From: Gemmatimonadota bacterium
Lineage (GTDB): Bacteria > Latescibacterota > UBA2968 > UBA8231
Assembly (NCBI GenBank): GCA_038153405.1
Contig: JAYOYH010000075.1
Span: 4,322-16,837, forward strand
DNA length: 12,516 bases
Reading direction: 5' to 3'
Below the pieces are notes generated by a model. That model did no database searches. It was not told the origin of the DNA and saw only the letters and a program-made list of their open reading frames with translations. The number at the start of each line of letters is the position of its first letter. Position 1 is the stretch's first letter. The translations under genes and the position numbers were made by a program. Shown here piece by piece: positions 8,535 to 12,516 of the stretch.

Positions 8535-9296
8535 ATGAGTGACCTCATTAGCGGCGACCGCCGCGTACTGGTTTTTAGCGCCCACGCCGCCGATTTTTGT
8601 TCGCGCGCCGGCGGCACCATCGCCCGACTTACGGCGGCCGGCAGCAGCGTGCACATCGTCGACTTTAGCTACGGAGAGCGCTGCGAATCACCCGCGCTGT
8701 GGGCGCGCGACCCGCAGCCGTCCATAGAGGAGATCAAGCGCCTGCGGGCCGAAGAGATGCAGGAAGCAGCCGCTGTGCTAGGAACGACGATCGAATGCCT
8801 AGACTTCGGCGATAGCCCGCTGCTGATCGGACCCGAGCGCCGCCAGCAGCTGATCGAACTCTTTCGCCACCACCAGCCCGACCTCGTGTTGACGCACTGG
8901 AAAGACGACATTCTCCACCCCGACCACTGCGCCGCTACCGAAGCCGTCATATGGGCCAGTCGCTACTGCTTTCGGCCCGGCATCGAAGGAGGCGTTCCGC
9001 CCTGCCCCTCGCCGCAGGTGCTCTTTTACGAAACCACGCTGGGCACGGCTCCCGTCGCCCGCTACGTCCCCAACCTCTTTGTCGACATTTCGCCCAGCTA
9101 CGAGCGCAAATGCCAGGCGCTCGACTGCTTTCGCGCCCAGCCGGGTCTGGCCGAGCGCTACGGCATCCTCGCCCGCTATCGCGCCATAGAGGCCCAGTCG
9201 ACGGCGTGGATGAAAGGCTGCGAGTACGCCGAGGGCTTTGTGCGCCTGAGCACGGAAGCGGCCGGATTTGCCGGTCCCATGGGGTTTGGCGCCTAG
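8535..9296 (+). CDS. PIG-L/LmbE family Zn-dependent protein, GalB (4-oxalomesaconate hydratase)-like
   Basis: LVFSAHAADFCSRAGG (HxxD, H17/D20), SYGERCES..LW, RAEEMQEAAAVLG, QPDLVLTH...HPDH (H131), FVDIS..YERK, YAEGF. SAHxADF..RAGG and GERxES..LW match the GalB subgroup rather than HPDDE-type deacetylases. Confidence 0.85.
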   Translation: MSDLISGDRRVLVFSAHAADFCSRAGGTIARLTAAGSSVHIVDFSYGERCESPALWARDPQPSIEEIKRLRAEEMQEAAAVLGTTIECLDFGDSPLLIGPERRQQLIELFRHHQPDLVLTHWKDDILHPDHCAATEAVIWASRYCFRPGIEGGVPPCPSPQVLFYETTLGTAPVARYVPNLFVDISPSYERKCQALDCFRAQPGLAERYGILARYRAIEAQSTAWMKGCEYAEGFVRLSTEAAGFAGPMGFGA

Positions 9297-10456
9297 CCGC
9301 CCACCGACCACGTGCCCGGCATACCGCTGTCGCCGCGCTCGACCGCATAGCGCGCCAGCGCATCCAGGTCGAGCTCTACGCCAAGACCCGGACCCTGCGG
9401 CACGAGCACGTAGCCGTTCTCATATACGAGTTCGTTGACGATCAGGTCGTCTTCGCGCATAAACTGGCCGATGATATCGCTGCCCAGCGTGCAGGAGGGC
9501 GTGGCGGCGCAGACGTGCGCGTAGGACGCGTCGAGAATACCTAAGTCCAAGCCCGACCCGCGCCAGATGGCCATGCCGGCGATCTCGGCCATATAGCCGA
9601 GGTGGTGCACCGTACTCATAGTGCCGCGCAGGTTAAAGATATCGGCCGCCTCTAGGCGAATGGCCTCCAGCACGTCGTCGGGGCGCTCCATATGCAGCGC
9701 CAGCGGAATGGACAGATGGCGGCGCAGCTCGGCGTAGGCGCGCAGGTCGTTTTTGGGTAGCGGATCTTCAAATACTTCGATCGGATAGTCGGCCAGCGCC
9801 TCGGCCAGCGCCAGCGTGTCTTCTATCGTGCGAAAGCGCTGGTTGGGATCGAGGCTGATGCGGAAGTCGGGACCACAGGCTTCGTAAATGGCCTGCACGC
9901 GCTCGACGTTTGGATCTTCCAGCACGCACTTGATCTTGATGCCGCCAAAACCCAGCTGTTGTCCCTCCCGGGCCACGCGCGCCAGCGCTTCGGGCGGCAG
10001 GCGGCCCGACCAGTAGTGCACCAGCACGCGGTCGCGCACCGCGCCGCCGAGCAGCTGGTAAATGGGCACGCCGTAGGCCTGCCCCACCACGTCGGCGATG
10101 GCCACTTCAAAGGCGTGAATGGACGGATTGTGATCGACCGGCCGCACGGCGACCATCGCACCTAAGTCGCGCGCGTTCACCGCAGCTGGATCGTGCGGCA
10201 GGTCGAGGCGCAGCAGCGACAGGCGCGTCGGGTCTTTGCCTAGGAGAAACTCGGCGGCCGCGTGCACCGCCCTGTCCGGCGTGCCCTTCCACGTCTCGCC
10301 TAGGCCGAAAACGCCATCGTCGGTATGCAGCTGTATGATGTGCTTGTGCAGGTCTTCTGTGGGCACGTAGCCGTCCTTGACCGCCGCAGCCGGATCGGCC
10401 GGCGCCGTGCTCATCGGCACGTGCACGCGATGCACGTCAATGCGCGTTATTTTCAC
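9293..10456 (-). CDS. Mandelate racemase/muconate lactonizing enzyme (enolase superfamily) protein
   Basis: MKITRIDVH, TDDGVFGLGE, AFEVAIADVVGQAYGVPIYQLLGG, KIK (K174/K176), DPN (D203), EDP (E230), GSD, PGLGVELDLDAL. GTG start with GAGG upstream. Confidence 0.92.
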   Translation of the reverse strand: MKITRIDVHRVHVPMSTAPADPAAAVKDGYVPTEDLHKHIIQLHTDDGVFGLGETWKGTPDRAVHAAAEFLLGKDPTRLSLLRLDLPHDPAAVNARDLGAMVAVRPVDHNPSIHAFEVAIADVVGQAYGVPIYQLLGGAVRDRVLVHYWSGRLPPEALARVAREGQQLGFGGIKIKCVLEDPNVERVQAIYEACGPDFRISLDPNQRFRTIEDTLALAEALADYPIEVFEDPLPKNDLRAYAELRRHLSIPLALHMERPDDVLEAIRLEAADIFNLRGTMSTVHHLGYMAEIAGMAIWRGSGLDLGILDASYAHVCAATPSCTLGSDIIGQFMREDDLIVNELVYENGYVLVPQGPGLGVELDLDALARYAVERGDSGMPGTWSVGG

Positions 10457-10466
10457 TATGGCCTCA

Positions 10467-10495
10467 TTGCGTTAACGTCGTTCAGACTCTAGCTT
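10467..10495 (+). promoter_or_regulatory. Putative sigma70-type promoter for the SDR gene
   Basis: TTGCGT (10467-10472)-N17-TAGCTT (10490-10495) in the 75-bp divergent gap. Confidence 0.3.
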
Positions 10496-10531
10496 ATACG
10501 CACTCTATCAAGATCCGCGAAAGGAGCACAC

Positions 10532-11338
10532 TTGGCAGCGCATTACAGCACCCTACTAATCGGCGGACGCGGCACCATTGGCTCCGGCCTGCGCACCTAT
10601 TTGCCGCGCCTCGACGCGCGCTACCGCATCGTCTCGCTCGACCTGCCCGACGCCCGCGACAAGGCCAAAGAGGACGATGCGCAGCGCGAATTTGTCGAAC
10701 TCGACCTGTGCGAAGATCCGCAGGCGTTCCGCGCGCTGCTAGCCGATTACGACCTCGTCGTCTATTTGGCGCGCAAGAATCCGCTGCAGGCTATGAACGC
10801 GATGACCGACCTCGTCTTTGAAGCCGTGCTGGCACAGGAAACGCCGCCGATGATGGTCGCCTCCAGTTCGGTGCACGCCGTCGACGGGCTCTACTCTTTT
10901 TACGACGAAGACAGCGTCTACTGGACGATGGCCGACCGCACCTTCGACGCCATCGATCCGTGGCCCGAGCGCATCAGCGCCAAAACGCCGGCGCACGCAC
11001 CCAACGACTACGCGCGCGAAAAAGAATACGCCGAGCAGTGGTGTCACAAAATGGCCGCCCAAGGCCACGGCGCCGTAGCAGCGCGCTGGGGCGGCATCAA
11101 CGAGCACAATGCCGTCGTCGAAGTGAAGGAGCGCGGCTACTTCTCCGTCTGGTGCCACCAGGAAGATGCCGCACGCTTTGTCCACGCCTGCTACGAGAGC
11201 TATCTGAACGGCTCGCTGCCCAGCGGCGCCCACTACTTTGTCATCTCCGACAACGACTACAACATCTTCGACATCGAAACGCCACGCAGCGAAATTGGCT
11301 ACCAGCCCGTGCACAACGCCGAGACCTTATACGAATAG
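10532..11338 (+). CDS. NAD-dependent epimerase/dehydratase-family (extended SDR) protein, uronate dehydrogenase-like
   Basis: GGRGTIG Rossmann motif, acidic residue after beta-2 (SLD), ASSSVHA, YAREK (YxxxK), SVWCHQED, ISDN...IGYQPVHNAE. TTG start with AAGGAG SD at 10521-10526. Confidence 0.82.
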   Translation: MAAHYSTLLIGGRGTIGSGLRTYLPRLDARYRIVSLDLPDARDKAKEDDAQREFVELDLCEDPQAFRALLADYDLVVYLARKNPLQAMNAMTDLVFEAVLAQETPPMMVASSSVHAVDGLYSFYDEDSVYWTMADRTFDAIDPWPERISAKTPAHAPNDYAREKEYAEQWCHKMAAQGHGAVAARWGGINEHNAVVEVKERGYFSVWCHQEDAARFVHACYESYLNGSLPSGAHYFVISDNDYNIFDIETPRSEIGYQPVHNAETLYE

Positions 11339-11341
11339 CAC

Positions 11342-12337
11342 CTACGCAATCCATTCCCTAAAGCGCTCGTCGTCCACGTTGCGCCCGCTGACGACGAGCG
11401 CGATATCGCCCTCACCTTCCAATTGCACGCGGCCCGTCAGGACCGCCGCCACGGCAATGGCGCCGGACGGCTCGCAGCGCAGTCCGTGCTGCTGGTAGAG
11501 CCAGCGCATGGCCGCCTGCGTTTCCTCGTCGGGCACGGCCACGGCCTGCGGCACATAGCGCTGTAAGATGGGCCAGTTGTGCTCGCCCACATCATAGGAA
11601 CACAGTCCGTCGCAAATGCTCTGCGGCCGCTCAATGCGCACGCGCCGGTCCGCCGCCAGCGACTGACAAAAATCGTCGGCTCCCGTAGGCTCTATGCCAA
11701 TAATCTCGGCCTGCGGATACGCATCGGCTATGGCCAGCGCGTGCCCGGCCATCAGCCCACCGCCGCTGACCTGACAGAGAAAGTGCGATAGCGAGCGACC
11801 CATGCGCTGCAGCTCGTCGGCAATCTCCAAGCCACCGACCCCGTTGCCGGCAATTACGTGCGGATCGTCGTAGGGCGAGGCCTGCACGGCGTTTTCCTCT
11901 TCGGCGATTTGGCGCGTAAGCGCGTCGCGCTGGCCCGTCAGATGGTCCGTAGCAATGTCGTAGGTGCGAATCTCGGCGCCAAAGGAGCGCGTGCGCTCAA
12001 ACTTGATCTGCGGCGCGCTCTCCGGCATCACAATAATGACGCGCTTGCCGTAGCGCATACCGGCAAAAGAAATACCCGAAGCAAAGTTGCCCGACGAGTG
12101 GGCGGCCACCGGTCGCTGGCCGATGCGCTCCCGATGGTGGTCCATCCAGTTGAGCGCCCCCAGCAATTTAAACGAGCCGACCGGCGTCCAGCCGTAGTCC
12201 TTGAGCCATACCCGCCGGGTCTCCGGCAGACCTAACTCCTTTTCCAATGCGTGCGAACGGACGAGCGGCGCCGGCGATAGGTGCTGCGCCATAACGTCGG
12301 CGGCCTGGCGCACGTCGTCTATGGTGGGAATGTGCAT
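11342..12337 (-). CDS. PLP-dependent fold-type II enzyme, serine racemase / threonine-serine dehydratase family (no regulatory domain)
   Basis: GSFK (PLP Lys, codon 12167-12169), HSSGN, SGGGL phosphate loop, EPTGADD, SICDGL, EPSGA, SGRN. GAGGAGG at 12344-12350 lies 6 nt from ATG 12337 but abuts ATG 12343, favouring 12337. Confidence 0.9.
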   Translation of the reverse strand: MHIPTIDDVRQAADVMAQHLSPAPLVRSHALEKELGLPETRRVWLKDYGWTPVGSFKLLGALNWMDHHRERIGQRPVAAHSSGNFASGISFAGMRYGKRVIIVMPESAPQIKFERTRSFGAEIRTYDIATDHLTGQRDALTRQIAEEENAVQASPYDDPHVIAGNGVGGLEIADELQRMGRSLSHFLCQVSGGGLMAGHALAIADAYPQAEIIGIEPTGADDFCQSLAADRRVRIERPQSICDGLCSYDVGEHNWPILQRYVPQAVAVPDEETQAAMRWLYQQHGLRCEPSGAIAVAAVLTGRVQLEGEGDIALVVSGRNVDDERFREWIA

Positions 12338-12361
12338 TTGCATCCTCCTCGTATGCGCTCC

Positions 12362-12390
12362 AATCTAAGCGGGCGATTCGCTGCGAGCAA
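12362..12390 (-). promoter_or_regulatory. Putative sigma70-type promoter for the PLP enzyme gene
   Basis: Minus strand TTGCTC (12390-12385)-N17-TAGATT (12367-12362), just upstream of the GAGGAGG SD. Confidence 0.4.
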
Positions 12391-12454
12391 CGCGGCTTGC
12401 CCCCCGCACGCCCAAGGCGTTTTATATGGGCAAAGAGGAGAGCAAAATAGACCC

Positions 12455-12516
12455 GTGAAACTCAATACATTACTCATCAACTGCGACGACCTCGACTAGG
12501 GTGACTTGGGCTGCTA
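12455..12516 (+). pseudogene. 5' fragment of a sulfatase-family gene interrupted by an in-frame TAG (continues beyond the window)
   Basis: Reads (GTG)KLNTLLINCDDLD*GDLGC, matching the sulfatase N-terminal consensus PNI(L/I)xIxxDDLG(W/Y)GDLGCYG on both sides of the TAG at 12497-12499. GAGGAG lies at 12435-12440. Only about 20 codons are visible. Confidence 0.68.

Noticed and set aside
12281..12454. Upstream part of the 72-aa ORF 12281..12499
   Set aside because: It is antisense to the PLP gene start and crosses the promoter region. Only the part from 12455 resembles a protein family.
12497..12499. Genome-wide TAG reassignment as explanation for the sulfatase amber codon
   Set aside because: TAG terminates eight genes in this window, several at the expected family C-terminus (e.g. 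nei right after the zinc finger), and no other gene needs readthrough.

Overview
A GC-rich, densely coding bacterial chromosomal segment with 11 intact-looking CDSs plus one interrupted gene fragment. No mobile element, CRISPR array, tRNA or rRNA was seen. The left part (1-3505) holds the end of a YejABEF-type peptide ABC transporter operon (yejE, 5'-truncated, and yejF), directly followed by an E. coli-like endonuclease VIII (nei). The rest (3572-12516) is a run of small-molecule catabolic enzymes in alternating orientation: two enolase-superfamily proteins with an unusual KxK + Asp/Glu/His signature, a PhyH-family Fe(II)/2OG dioxygenase, an Ldh_2-family oxidoreductase, a 448-aa hypothetical protein (possible TIM barrel), a GalB-like PIG-L family protein, a uronate-dehydrogenase-like SDR, a divergent serine-racemase-like PLP enzyme, and the 5' end of a sulfatase broken by an in-frame TAG. 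The best candidate for something undescribed is an uncharacterised organic/sugar-acid catabolic toolkit built from enzymes with non-canonical active sites. Whether these genes form one pathway cannot be determined from this sequence. All family calls are from motif recognition and recalled sequences, not from database searches.
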